DNA from: Takakia lepidozioides
Taxonomy: Eukaryota; Plantae; Bryophyta
Length of the DNA: 64,000 nt
Direction: 5' to 3'
Assembly: GCA_030704615.1 (NCBI GenBank)
Contig: CM060732.1
Span: 68,572,001-68,636,000, forward strand
Shown: positions 1 through 14,100 of the stretch, piece after piece
Position numbering within the stretch: position 1 is the first letter of the stretch
How the letters are laid out: every line of letters starts with the position of its first letter
The notes under the pieces: model-generated
Seen by the model: only the letters and a program-made list of their open reading frames with translations
Database searches by the model: none
Told to the model about the DNA's origin: nothing
Program-made: the position numbers and the translations under genes

Positions 1-3000
1 CCGTTCTTGGATTGAACACGAAGGGTGTAAGGAGTTTGTCTCAAATTTGCTTACAGCTTTTCCTGATGTGGGCCTGGTAAGCTTGAGGTTGGTTTCATAC
101 TGGTCGTTTGCATGCATCTTATTGTGGGAACACTTAAAGACTCGTCAATAGTTCTGAAAGAAGCCTACACAAAGGAAAAAGATAGGAGATTTCTGATCTC
201 CACAAAACCACAAAGTTTATGGGACAGAGTAATGCATAACCAACAAAACATTACAACTAATTTTTGCAGGAATGTGCAGGGCCTGAAGGTCAGCGGCTAA
301 GCATTTCTGTTTCTCAAACCTAAATGGGTCTGCCACCTAAGAGATAACAGTATGCCCTTGAATCTCATATACATGAGATAAAGAAATAATCTTGTGTCTC
401 ACTGCTTGCATGGTGCAGGTCCTATTCTTACACGTTGTAATATTCTGTCTGCCTGTCTTTTATTCCCCCTGGTAACTAACACATAAATTGAAGGACGTGC
501 TATTCGGAATGTTCCTATTTGGTGCAATATGAACCTGGACCTAAGTTTTGGAAGGAATGACACCTTCTCGACCTCCTGTTCCATGTGGTCTGGGTGATAT
601 AGGATGGTCCCATGGGCTCAGAGGACGCCACTGGAGCAAGGCCAGCAGATTTACTGGGGTAAGCACACTGGAAACCTCATAGAGCACATCATGGACTTCC
701 AAAGGCAATTCAATTGTTTGCTTTTCTGTTCATGTCAACAACTTCTGATTGCTAGCTTGCATTTGCGGATTACATTATTGGAATGCCAAGGCTTTTGTCC
801 GGGATTCTGCTTGGATTTGGTGCTTCTTCCTTGACTCTGCTGTTCAAGGTTAGCTGCAACCTGTGTCTAGCATTACATGATTTGTCATCCTGCTCATTCA
901 ATCTCTATTTCTGCACTGGTGCACCACTGCCATGTTGAACCTTTAGGTCATGCACTGGTTATATTGGGCCACTCTGGCTTTGCTGCAAAGGAGTGTCCAT
1001 GCTTTGATTTTCTTCAACTTAGTGTGTTCTTTAAGGCATAAATTGAACAGTGGCCCATTTACTCACTTTGTTAGCGTATTTTCTCAGGACATAGAGTTGT
1101 GGTCCAGTCATACGTGTCTTTTTGGAATATTTCTGATTCCTCACTTCCGTGGAAATTTTGTTGCCAAACATCAAGCAAACAGGGTGTTCAGTGGTTCCTG
1201 AAGATTGCACCAACTATTATCACTTTTCCTTTAGTATGCCCCCACAAGGTTCTGCTATTCTTGATACTACTGGCTTGTGGATCTGCAGGGTTTGCGGAGA
1301 GGCTCAACAGGGCCAGGCTGTCAAAAGTGAAGCCCATTGCGAGGTGAAAACAACTCTTGCAAAAGTAAAGGACAATATCTAATAGGAAGAGCTGGTTGGT
1401 CTTGCATATATCTCTTCATATGACTGTGTACATGGGTAAGGAATGAGCATGGAGGTGGAGATGCTGGAGATGAATAGCAAAAATGTACCCTAATGTGGGC
1501 TCACTTTGTCTGTGGCTTAATTGAGTTTTCAGGCAGCCATCAAGAGCCGATATCCTCGGGAGGAAGTACGACAGAAAGTGCGGACAGAATTTTTGCAGTC
1601 CCTTAACCAGCTGTTGGGGGCAGCATCCACCAAGGACAACCCACGCCATCTCCTGAGGTATGATGTGTGTTTCTGCTTACATTTGAGTCTAACAAGCCAA
1701 ATTCAATGTGCAGTAGAAAGTACCTTGGTTCTGTGATGCCTTTGATGCTACCAGTCTGTATGTCAGCCACATTCCTCACTCTGTCATCCCTCAACGTTAT
1801 AAAGCACCATTTCATTTCATTTCTGTCATTTCAAATCATTACAGCCGTCAAGAAGTGACGAGGGGTTCAATCTTGTGACATCATTGAATTTCTCAGCTGA
1901 GACCATGGGCATTACATTTCATTTCATCTATTCTCTTATTGTCTCAATAAACGCTTTGGTATTTTTCGTGGACATCGTGAATGTACAAAATGGAGCTGGC
2001 CTGCGAACTTGAAAGGATATACATCCTAAAGACTCAACAGAAGCTTACATAATATTGATGAAAAACTGTTATTGTAAGAAAGGTAGCAATATCTCGAACA
2101 TCAGTTGTGTGTTTGCCTGGCAGGCTGCTGATGCAAGGGGCAGGGTTTGAGGAGGTGAGGGTGGTGGGCTCCAGCATGCTTGAGGGCTGGCTCAATAACA
2201 CTGTGCACTTGCGCACTGCCAAGACCCTTCTTGACCGGATTCTTCAGCACACACGTGGCACCAGTGAAAATGACTTCAACACCGTTGCTAATCTGCTTGC
2301 CCTTCGGGTCTCCTCATTACAAGCTCCTGGCCAGGTTTCTGATGCCCTGAATCCAAGCCCTCTTCATACGGTTTTGTAATCTAGCTGACTAGAATCTTCT
2401 ATATTAATTGTATGGATTTGAGACAGGCCCTTGGTCGTTGTCATGTTGCTTGCTTTGTGGCCTTTATATCTGGGGATTGTTTTCCTCTCGTATCCGTCCC
2501 TTTCCATCCCCTCATAGGCTTGTTGGCTGTTTCTTCCAGCAGATCAAGACAATACACAACAACATATATGCAGACATGATCACCCAGCTAGTGCGACGTA
2601 GGCCGGAGTATGCCACCCTTGCCTTGAAGGTATGACATGGCCTCTTCCTTTTGTCTCTCTCTACCTTGTAGTTTCATTACTGCCTCTTACGCAGTGAAGT
2701 TGGCTCTTGAGCAGTGTCTGGAATACCAAACCTTCCGGATCTCATTGTGTGGTCTAATCCACCATCGTATGAATCACTGACCTGCCTTTTGATATTTAAG
2801 GTCAGGCACTGATTTCAGCCTATCCTTGCTGGAAAACCAGTTTTCAGGTGTTCTAAGTGGCAATCAGATGCACACTAGATGGCGCTTCTAACAAACAGAT
2901 CTGCCTCCTGACTTTCACATCTTAGGAAGCAACAGTAAAAGTAGGAAGTGCACTGCAAGTGAGCAGCTTTCTCATATCTGCAAAACAACTCCATATTCAG

Positions 3001-6000
3001 ACAAGAACTCAAAAATTTCATAGAAGAAAGAGTGGCCCTCACCTGCACCCATTGCAAAAAAACACCACCAGCATATGATGTGGGTTAGTGAGGAGGTGCA
3101 AGGTGCAGGCCCTCTTGCATGCTATAGCTTTCAGAAATGAACCAAAAAGTATCCCGTCCAGTAGCATAGCATAAACCCCACTTGGATTCTAATCGGAGTT
3201 TGTCTTTATCAAGCTTCCTCTGGTGTAACTGCCCTTTTCCCTCCCCTGATGAAAAAAGGGTGTGAAAGGGGCCTTATAACTTCCAAAAGAAACCCAAATA
3301 AATAAATAACAAGATAGGATACTTCCTAACATCCATTTAGAAGAAGATATTTATGAAGTCCACTGGTGGCTTGACTGGAATTCCACGTGCAATTTGCAAG
3401 TCATACTCCGAAGCAGATCAAAGCAAGAGTAAATTCCTGTTGAGATTCCTGATTACTTCAGCCCTAGGCTAGGGCCTGGTAGTGAGTAGTTCATTTCATT
3501 TCTGCACTTGATACTATACTATGGAAGGAATTAGTGTTCACAACTAACGAAAGCATTGCACATTCTTTCTGATCAAATGATCAATTCCTGCACTGAAGCT
3601 TTCTGGTGTTGGTCTGGCAGACGTTCGTTACAGCAGAATTAACAAGCAAGAACCCTCACAACATAAAGAGCATTATCACTGTCTTCAAAGCTATGCCGCA
3701 ATCGCCTCCTCCGGAACACGAGCTCGCCCTCATTCTCCAGGTTTGTGGCCTCATCAGAGCAGACAGCTTGGAGGTTGTTTGATGTATAAATGGGCAGATT
3801 TGGTGTCATGGTTTCACATGCACTCCTTGCATAGTGTATATAACTTTGATTTTGCAGGACTGTCTTACTTTGCTTTTATGGGTGCAATTCTCTGACACAA
3901 GGTGTGGGTGATATTCTTCAATAGTCAAAGTTCAGAGCTTGTTTGTTGATGCATGTTCAGGAAGTGAAAATGTGGAGTCCTATCAAAGAGCCTTTTTTGG
4001 GGTGCATGGTCAGGATATGACAATGCTCTTAACAATAGTCTCTGCTCAAGGGTTGAGTGGAACTCTGTAATGTGTTTCTCCAAGGACCAGAGCTCATTTC
4101 GAAGACTAGGAAATATTGTTTGCTTCTTTTTGCCACTCGTTTTCCTCGCTGGCTCTAACCAAATGCCTTGCTTGCAGGAGCTGGCAGCGAGTGATGAGTC
4201 TCGGTTTCATTTGCGGGACTTTGTGCGACGGTCTGTAGCTTTTCCTATCTTGCTTCTTCATCTCACCATCCTCTAATGCTTTCTGCCTCTCCCTTTTCCT
4301 TTTTCTTTTGGTGGGCCTGTCTCTACCTGTTCTCTTTTGCCATCTTTGTCATTGGCAATCTTGAAATCAACACTATCTCGATGGTAATCAGCTGTGTGCA
4401 ACAGCTATTGACTTACAGGCTGAGTTCAAAGTCCTGCTCAATCTCATTACTGCCTTCCGTTCTCCCTGCTGGACTTGGCCATGGTACAGTGGTGAATGAG
4501 TGAGACATCTGTTTCTTTTCTTAATCTCAAGCAAAAGATTGAGTTGGATTCGGTTGTTGAAACAGGATGATGAAGCAAGTGGGAACAGAGTTTGCTGTCC
4601 ACACACTATGCCAAGGGCTGATGCAACAGTGGCCAGCGATGGCAGAGCAGGATGAACCTTTGAAGGAGGCCTGGCTCAAACAGGTCAGATCCTCATCCTT
4701 TATTGAGAAACTTCAAGAACAAGGTAGAGCTTAATTGGTGTGCCATATAATCTGTCGCTATACACCCCCTGTTTCTAGTAAGCTGGTCTGTTACTATGAC
4801 ACCCCTGGTTCACCCTGCAACTGAGGTCCACCCTATAGTGGTCTTCACTTATTTCATCATGATTGAATGGATGACTTTCCTTCTGCCCTAGGCCAAATAG
4901 ATAACCCATTGGTTAGGGCATAATACCACTTCACAGGTGGTTGTGGGTTCAAAATCACATGAGGCTGTTGGATGTCACAACGGTGCCCACCTTCCCATTC
5001 GAAGGCAGTAGCCCTTCGGGGTCACGTGAGACCATAAATTACACTTACTTCGGCAAGAGTCCACATTTCCGTTTTCCAGGTGTAGCCATACTCCTTTCAG
5101 CGGTAGACCATGCACCTGGTCTGGATGTAGCAGAAAGCAAGGGAGCACGGGGTTTTGTGGGAAGGGGGAGTGCTCATGCTGCGAGTCCAGCATCCCTCCA
5201 GGATTCTCCACCTCAACTGTCAATCTGTGTACAAAACAGAAAACATTAGTTTCTCGAGCCCAAATGGTATGGCATTCCATTTCCAGGGCAGCCTGTGCAG
5301 CTTGGCTGTACTCAGTATGCATGCGTACATGCCTCGAATGGAACTTCATCCAAGCGTCACATCAGGTGTCGAAGGCGTATCCGGGAAGCAAGCGCGGAAT
5401 CCCTGTGGAACATCCGGTTCAAAACCGACGGCGGAGGACATTTAATGCGCAACTGCGCCATTAAATGTCGTAGGTATGGAGGTCGGCCACAGGCGCCGAC
5501 TGGCCCACCCTCCCCCCGAGACTTCATCAATCGCCCGCTGGATGGAAAAAACGGCGCCGAATTTCCATCCAGCGGATGAAGTAGGAGCCTAGTACACAAA
5601 ATTAGCCTAAGAGCTACACTTTCATGCCTTTGGTGGTCCCGGTAATGTCCTAACATCCAGTTTTTCCCATGGGTACCAGCAGCAGTGTGAGTGGTTGAAT
5701 CTCAGATAGCTGCTAGCTTCAGCCATGCTGGCCACACGATTTTCCTCTGACAACAGCCAATGTGGAGATCCTCTTTATTGTGTTGACCTCCTTCACTTGT
5801 CAGGCCCATCATTCCAACAGATAATGTACCAAGGTTTCCACCTGGCCTTATTTATGAACCTGACATGTGCCAGAGTGCCCTACTTAAGAGCATGATGCAC
5901 CATTCATTTAAAGAATGTAAACTCATCATTTGGTGTGGGTGTTTATATGTTCAGCTGGTGGATCTTACATGTCAGCTGCTGCTCCAATCTGCCGCCCCTT

Positions 6001-8091
6001 TTGTTGCTGATGAGAGTTTTTTCACTACAATTGTGTCATCTTCGCACCCTGGCAGTACAACAGGGGGAACTGCAGTGGCTGTCACTGCATTAGAGAGATC
6101 AGCTTCTGATCCTCCATTCAAAGAGAAACTCTTACAACTTGAAAACTTCAGCCTTGAGATTGCTGCCTTTCAGGTGAGGGTTGATGCAGCGCAGTTGTAC
6201 GCAGGTCTTCAATTATAATGTGGCTTGCATTTATGGTGACGCTTACTGGGAATTGCTGGTTCTGTCAGATGGGGGCCATGGCATGGTGCACGGATGTTCT
6301 GGCTCTGTATCTGCCATCCATGGATGAATCTGAGTTCACTCGCACAGTTCGTCAGTTGCTCTTCCTGGAAGAACCTGAGGTTCTCCCCTCTGCCCTCCTA
6401 TTATAAGCACCCACAGTTATGCTGAGCTGCATAGGGCTCTCTGTCTCCTTGCACTATTTCAGGTTTGAGTTGTTCTGTGGTCTCTTTTGTTCCACTGTGT
6501 CCATGGTTTAGTTAGATCCCTCATCTGCTTGTGTTTTTTCAATTTTCTTTTTCAGGTTCTCTTTTGCTCAGTCTTTGTGACATCTTTCAAGCTTGGCTCC
6601 TCCTTTCAAGATTATTTTCTTCTCCTCATTCCGTTTTCTGCTTTTGTAGAGGAATATTTGATTGCTAGAACTGTTTCTTTACTACAGTTGTGTTTGTTTC
6701 TTTGTTCATCTATTTGTTGTTAAGTACGTTGGTTCTGCTCTGTGCATAAACCTAGACCCACCGTCGGGAGCTGACAAGTCGGTGGGGAAGTGATGGTGGC
6801 TTTTCACTACCATAAATGTTGTTCTCCGTCTTGATCCATGGATTGGTGGGAGACAGTCACCAAGTCTATACCGCTATTCTCAGTTTACAGGTTCAAGATG
6901 AATCTGTATTCTCTTTTTTCTTGTCTCTGCTGTTGTTTCTGCTTTTCTCTTTTGAAATCCTTCTAAGATCAGATCTTCTCAGTACTTTTTTGGCCAGTAT
7001 GGGGATATCTCGATACTTATAAGGCTAGTCATATTCTTCTTGCAAGAGGCAAACAACGTCTTCTAAAATTTTTTCCTTCTCCCATCTAATCTCTTGTCAC
7101 ATTCTTCTTGCAAGAGGTTCTATGCAAGAGGTTGCCTTGGATATGGTCCAATCTGCCATTTTGTCACGTTACCTTCCGATGTCAGTTTGGAATTTTTACT
7201 TTGCACAGACAATGATACGCTTGTGTCACATGGGCCCTCTGGGACGTCATAGATTTCTTTCCTATTCTTCCCCCATCCTACTATCATGGAGCCTATAATG
7301 TGATTGGAGTTATTTGGCTGCTGCGCCCAGGTATATTTTACAAGTGGAGAAGGTGCAGGGGAGACGGAATTGAGTTATCTCCGACTTGTGGGGGCATGTA
7401 CACGAGCTCCACAGGACACAGTGGCACGCTTGATACTCATGGGAATCTCTGTAAGTACCGTTAAATACTTTTTCAAATGTAGCTTGGTGGTTTTTCATCT
7501 CAATGTTGCACCCTTCGTAATGTACCCAATCTGTATTGCTGCGTAGGAGGTTTGAAAAGAAGTGTCATGGCACAAGCGCAACGTATATTGGAACACTTTC
7601 AGAGGTTGACGGACTTCATCGATTGCTGATGCTGTCAGTGGCATGCAGGATTATCCGATGAGCCAAGAGGTTGCATTGAGTATTATTGAGGCCCTAGTTC
7701 AGCGAGCAGCTGCTCTTCAAAAGCACATGCCGGCAACTCTTATTGCCGAGAGTGTGCAGGTCATTGTCCTTCTCAGCTACCTCAATGCCGAAGGACAAAC
7801 ACATGTTGCCAGCAAATTGATAGAAGTGCTTATACCTGATGAATGCTGTTGCAAACCACATGCATTTCAGGATGGAAAATCTGTTGTGACCCCAGTGAAC
7901 CAATTCAAAATGTTTCATTCCTGATATTCATCGGATGGGAGAGGGGCTAACATTGTTGGTTGCCTGGGTTTCAGCTTCCAGCAGCCATTTTCAAGCTCAC
8001 CTCTGTGAACTTACCAGGTGTCAGCCGCCAACCTGTGGTAACAAACTCTCTGTGGTTCTACTGCGTTGACCTCCTGCAGACATAACAAATT

Positions 8092-8122
<31 letters not shown>

Positions 8123-11100
8123 CCATTACGGTTTTGGATTTGGTTTCTACTTGTCTCATAGGCCCTAAGGCCCACTTATTTGAAAAGCATCAAATATGCA
8201 ATTTGGCTCTGGTCGCATTCTCTGTTCTGAAGGTAATTCAAAAGCCAACTTAGGGAGTTGGCAGCATCTACTTGGAAAAAAACATGAACTGTTTGGTGCA
8301 ATATAAGAGCCAGGGATCAGAGAGGGCCAACAGCTATAAGTGTACAACTGTATACTAGTATACAAGTGAATGTGCGGGACAGTTCTAGTGCCTCAGTCAA
8401 AGACAGGTCTTATAGGGAGATCAAAAGTGGCCTTAGGATTATATTACAAGACTGAGTTGAACAAATTGTACTCATAAGACGTTGTTTGCCGTAGCCTTGT
8501 GGCCATTTACCCCATGCCCAGTTTGAGCGGGAACAAAAGGAACAGAACCTACCTCTGTCAGGGGCTGACGTTGGTAGTAAGACTTACCTTCATATAAAGA
8601 ATTAATCCGGGTTTTCCAGATATCCTCTAGAAATCCCTTCACACAAGCATCAATCTGCTGTGTGTGATTTGCCCAAAAACTAGGCCTCAGGAGGGCCTGG
8701 GCTTTTGGCTCAGCCTCGAGACTTTCAAAGTTGGTAAACAGGGGTACAGGCACAATTCCCTTGATAGAGTTGAAGAGAGCGTCTCTTTGGTGAGAGAACC
8801 CCGGACAGTGTATCAGAAAATGAATACTGTCTTCAGATTGCCCACACAACGGGCAATTGCACTCTCCCTTTCCTCTCTGCTTCTGTTTGCTGTTCAAAGG
8901 TAGGCTTCCTGCCCTGAGTTTAAATTTCAGTCTAGTGCCGAGAGTGGGTAGACCCTTGAGGTCATCCGAGATGTCCTCCCCCATGTCACTGACTGGAAAC
9001 AAGTTCAGGGAAGTTTTCTGCCTAACTTCATTTTCATCAGACAATCTCATGGCAACAGACATGGCTTTGGACACTACAGCCTCTAAGTCAGATTTATCCA
9101 GCAGGGTCAAGACTTGCGGATCCAGGTCCAGGTCCTTGAGAATCTCTTCTACTCTCGTCTGCCAGGACTTAGCCTGTTTGACAGGGCGGTCCTGTTTCCA
9201 AGATATAGAGTCGATTAACTTAGGATATCTGGTGTTGGGCATATGTTGTAGCTGACCCCACCATCTGACCTTGAATTCATCTCGTCGGGAGCTTAAGGAC
9301 GGAATGCCAAACTCACCCCGAACAGCCACATTGGCTGTTTTGGAGCATGCTGACATACACTCCTTAAGCACCCCCACTTGAATGGATTCTAGAGACTTAG
9401 CCTGGTTGGAGTTATCAACCCATATAGCAGATCCGTACTCCAAGGCAGGTCTAATAACGCGACAAAGCATGGTTTTCTTAACCTCAGAGTTGACCCCTCT
9501 GCAGTGGAAAAATTTAGTGAGCCCCAGAGCTTTGCCCTTGCCAGTTTGAACAACTTTCCGGATATGTGCATCCCAATTACAATTGGAGGAAAACTCAACG
9601 CCCAGGTAAGTGTAGGAAGGGAGGACCGGGATCTCTTGGCTACCCCACTGCCACTTAAGATCACTTCCTCCCTCTCCTCTGTCGTTGAATGCTACCACTG
9701 CACATTTGCTGACATTAGCCTCTAGCCCCCAAAGATCAAAGTATCTCTTCGCGCAATCAATCAACTCCTGGAGATTGGTTGGAGTCTCCCCTATGCCTGC
9801 GAAGTCATCCGCAAACATAAGGGCTGGTATGGTGGTATCACCCACCCTTAACCCAAATCCCTCACTTTCCACATCCTCGAGGAGTTGATTGATGAAAACA
9901 TTGAAGAGCAGAGGGGAGAGAGTACATCCTTGAGCTACACCTTGGTCTATGTCAAAGAAGTTGGACTTCTGTCCGTTAACAGTGACACAGCTTTTGGTGT
10001 GAGCATACAAGTTGTGGACAACTCTCAGAGGCGGAACCATAGGCCATCTCTCCACACTGTGTCATAAGCCTTTTTGACATCCAGGACAAAAACATAGGTG
10101 GGTTTCCCTTCTTTTTTCCTTCCCTGAATAATCTGGCTTAGAGTGAAGATATGATCCACACAGCCCCTGTTTCGCCGAAAGCCAGCTTGGCCTTCGTGGA
10201 AACAACCTCTAGACTCCAGATCAACCTCGAGACGAGTACTTATAACTCTGCAGAATGTCTTGCCAACAGCATTGAGGAGCGTGATGCCACGGTAGTTCCC
10301 CGGTTCTTCTCTGTCACCCTTGTTGTATGGATTGACAATGACCCCCTGTCGCCAGTGAAAGGGGATCATTTCAGTCTTCCAGATAAGGTTAAAGAGGAGA
10401 ACTAGGGCCTCTATCATGGGATCGCCACCGTGCTTGATAAGCTCGTTGACAATACCATCAGGTCCACCAGCTTTATATCCATTTAAATGTTCAATTGCTT
10501 CCACAATCTCAGAAGAACTAATGGGAGCGTTATAAGCCATTGAAATATACTCCAGTTCATCAGGGCTGTTTTGAATCATAGGAACAGTTTTTCCAACTGT
10601 GTCCCTCCATTCAGCAGAAGACCCCTCACTGTTAGACCTAGAAGTTCTACCAAGGATACTGTAGTGATTTTCAAAGGTTTTGACAATGTCAACCGATGAA
10701 GTCACCACTGCACCTTTAGTAGTCTTCAGCGCTTGTACTTGCTGACCGTTTTTAGGCTTGTACAAACGTTGAAGGGCCAACCAGAATTTCTTGTCATTAC
10801 CACCATGGTGGTTTGAGTTTATTTCACTGTATAACTTATCCCAGTATAATTTCTTCTGAGACCTAACAAGCTGATTGATATCTTTACGGAGCTGGTAGTA
10901 CCTCGCCCACAATTCTCTGTTGGTTTTCAAATTGCAGCACTCTTTATAGAGGGCTCGTCTCTCAGCTATCTTGAGTTTGATCTCATTGGTCCACCAATTA
11001 ACAGCTCTACCGCAGACAATTAGTTTCCTCCCAATGATCTTGTCAGCCACGGAGGAAACGAAACTCTCCCAAGAGTCCACTGCTCTTTCGACTTCATTTC

Positions 11101-14100
11101 TTGCGTTTTCAGAGCGAGACTGAAGTTCTTGGAGCGATTGGACAAAGTGAGGGAGAGCCTCTTGCAAGGCCTGGACGTACTCAGCCTTGACCTCCTCATT
11201 ATGGAATTTTTCTATGCGCCACTTCCGAATCGAACGTTTCACAGATCTCTTGGTGTTGGGAAAACACCTTTTGATCTCAGTCCAAACCAGGAAGTGGTCA
11301 GAGGTACCAATATCAGTTCTGTCGATCAACACATTGGCACACTGGGGAAACAAATTTTTGTCCATTATGATATAGTCCACAATGGAACGTTCCCCAGTTT
11401 GGGATTTCTCACGAGTCCACTGCACTTGGTCACCTCTTGTCCTGTTATTCAAGGTCAAAAGCTGAAGCTCTTCCAGACAGTTAATTAACCGTCTGCCATT
11501 AGAATTCAGCTCGTCCTCACCAATAGGCCCAATGATATCGTCCTGATGGAGCCCTTTGCCTACCCGGGCATTGAAGTCACCCAATAGCACCACCTGACCT
11601 TTGGCAAGGAACGAAGCACAGTCCAGCTTTACATCTTCGAAGGCCTTGTCTGCGTCAGCACTAAGGGTCCCCTCTGTGGGCATGTAAACACAACCAACAA
11701 AGAGGTCCTTTGTACTCATGCCGCCCTTCAAATTCAGTTTTAGCCAGATACTATGCTCGTACCTCAAACCCTTGTTGATAATTTCACAATTGTCAAACAA
11801 GAAATCACGGACAAAGAATCCGACCCCTTTTTGACCGCGTTTGGCAGAGGCTGCCTTGAGAGTACACATCTTACCTGCCCATTTATAACCAATGACATCT
11901 CCAACCAGTTTATCTGACGTTTCCCATGTTTCTTGCCCAGCACAGATATGAATATCATTAGTCCGAAGAACTTGTCCCACTTCAAGTTGTTTCCTTTGGT
12001 TGGTCAACCCTGAGAAGTTGAAAGTGGCCAGCCGCAAGCCAGCCCTTTGCGTGTGAATTGTTTGTCGTCTAGGTAGCTTGTGATTGCTCCTGGACGGCCA
12101 ACCGTTCTGCAAAGGGGGGACAGTTACCCATGTGTAGATTTTGCTCGTCTTGTGTAAACTTTGAGAATTGGTAAACCATTCAGGGTACCAAATCTTTCAG
12201 TTACACGACGCACAGGCTCCGCACACATAGGGGCAGATTGTCCGTCAGACTGCTTGGGGACAATTACCCTGTGTATAGATTTTGCTCATCTTGTGTAGAC
12301 TTTGAGGATTGGTAAACCATTTAGAGTACCAAATCCTTCAGTTACACGACGTTCAGGCTCTGCACACTTAGGGACAGATTGTCCATCTGACGGCTTGGGG
12401 ACAATTACCCCGTGTATAGAATTTGTTCGTCTTGTGTAAACCTTGAGGATTGGTAAACCATTCAGAGTACCAAATCCTTCAGATTCAGGACGTTCAGGTT
12501 GTGTACACTTAGGGGCATCTTGTCTTTCTGGCTGTTTGGATTCAACCTCATTCAGAGCATCAAACCGATTAGAAACTCTCAAGTTGAAGTCCTTGGTTGT
12601 CTTCCTAGAGCGCCCCATTGAATCACCAATGTCTAAGACCGCTCTCCAGCCAGTCAAGGGGCGAACTTCTTTGAGATTGAATTGATGTGGGACTCTATTA
12701 GAAGCACTTTTGGTCATTGCAACCTTCAACGTACCCCTGTTATCAAGTCTCGAGATGGAACCATTAGCCATGAAATCCAAGCCTAAGCTAGAGCATGTAG
12801 TTTTAAAGGACACGTCGTCCATCCTGGGATTCACCCCAAAAACTACACATGAAGCCCTAGATTTGGCATAAGTAACCAATTCCCAGGAATCACCCTGGGG
12901 AGTGTTGATGTTGATAGGAGCTAAAATTTTGATTGATCTCGCAGGCTATAAGTTTAAGCACAGGAACCAACCTGAGCCCAAGTGCCGAGTATGCTATACA
13001 GAGCATACAACTGCCCAATTTGGGCGGAGGGGCTGCCCCCAAGCGGTAGGGGTCCGCTTGTTACCATTCAGAGATCACACTCCAGGGAGTTGCAGGGAAT
13101 GGCCCGTGTAGGCATATTCTAAAGAGGGAAAGGCCCCAAGCTTTCCAACTAAATCCAATGCACTACCTTACCTGGAGCAAAGCGCTTCAGGTCGAAACAA
13201 ACAAGGACACGAGGTCACAAGGCCGGCAATTAGTCACAGAGACATTAATGTACTCCCGTATCAAGTCCACCCAATGGCAATAGGCTTCCTAGAGGACAGG
13301 GAGATACTGAGTTGAACAAAGATAAACCAAAGGGGTTTGGTCAAGCAACACTGACTCAAGGAAATTAATACAGTCTATGTTGTTGTTTAAACTGTTTCCC
13401 GAGCTGATGAGTCTACATTGAAACAGGAGTACCCTCGCTGAGGCATGACAACTGTTTATTTGTGGGTGGTGTAGTGGAAAGACATGTACTGGCGGGCATG
13501 TCTTGTGGTGCTTGTTGTGGCAGTTTTCAACCCTGCCACAATTGGTCGGTTTGTATGGGAGAGTCTACCCTCTGTCCGATACCTCATGGAGGCTCTCATG
13601 ACCGGCGGTCATAACTTTCTGTCCACCAGGTAAAGGTCTTTAGATTGCTGAGCCATTTTGTGCTTTGTTTCAGTGCAATAAATTTCACTTTGAGAATGAT
13701 GTCGTACTGGCTCCTGCCTGTGGGATGGCAGTTGGGATGTGGCTACAAATTCGGAAGTCAAGAAGATGGAGGCAGATGCAGAACAATTAGACAACAAGGC
13801 AGAGGAAGAAATCTCTGCCTTTATTGCTGGGAAAAGAAAAACAGATTCTATGGGGTCTGACATGGACACTGGCTTGTCCTCTCCTCTGTCCCGCTTGGGG
13901 GTTGAGTGGAAGGGTAATGTGATGTTTCTAAATCAGGCTGGACCTGTAAGGCAACCTCCTGAGTCAGTCTATGACCAGTTGCATCAGTTTGATGTGTGTT
14001 ACCACCTTGGCCATCTGCTCCGAATATGCCGAGATCCCGATTTCTTTGGTGGGGTTACTCGCTCGCAGGTAGCTTTCCATTTCCCCTCATCGTTCTTTTT

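Larger units (their letters stand above)
8090..13440 (-). mobile_element. Near full-length non-LTR retrotransposon (RTE/RTEX-like LINE) in an INTS1 intron
   Basis: APE endonuclease (ATFN, GQETW, LLGDFNA, VDYI, SDH), RT (QAGFR, DVKKAYD, QGCTLSP, FADD) and a C-terminal CPLC..H..HCP zinc motif. (GAAA)n tail at ~8090-8122. The 5' boundary is approximate. Confidence 0.9.

Noticed and set aside
5340-5582. Hammerhead or other ribozyme in the hairpin cluster
   Set aside because: No CUGANGA...GAAA core found in a suitable arrangement by eye.
7034-7130. 17-bp direct repeat ATTCTTCTTGCAAGAGG
   Set aside because: Short local duplication in an intron with no further structure.
8081-13453. LINE TSD CATAACAAAT / CATGACAACT
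   Set aside because: Only an 8/10 match and the 5' end is undefined; too weak to call.
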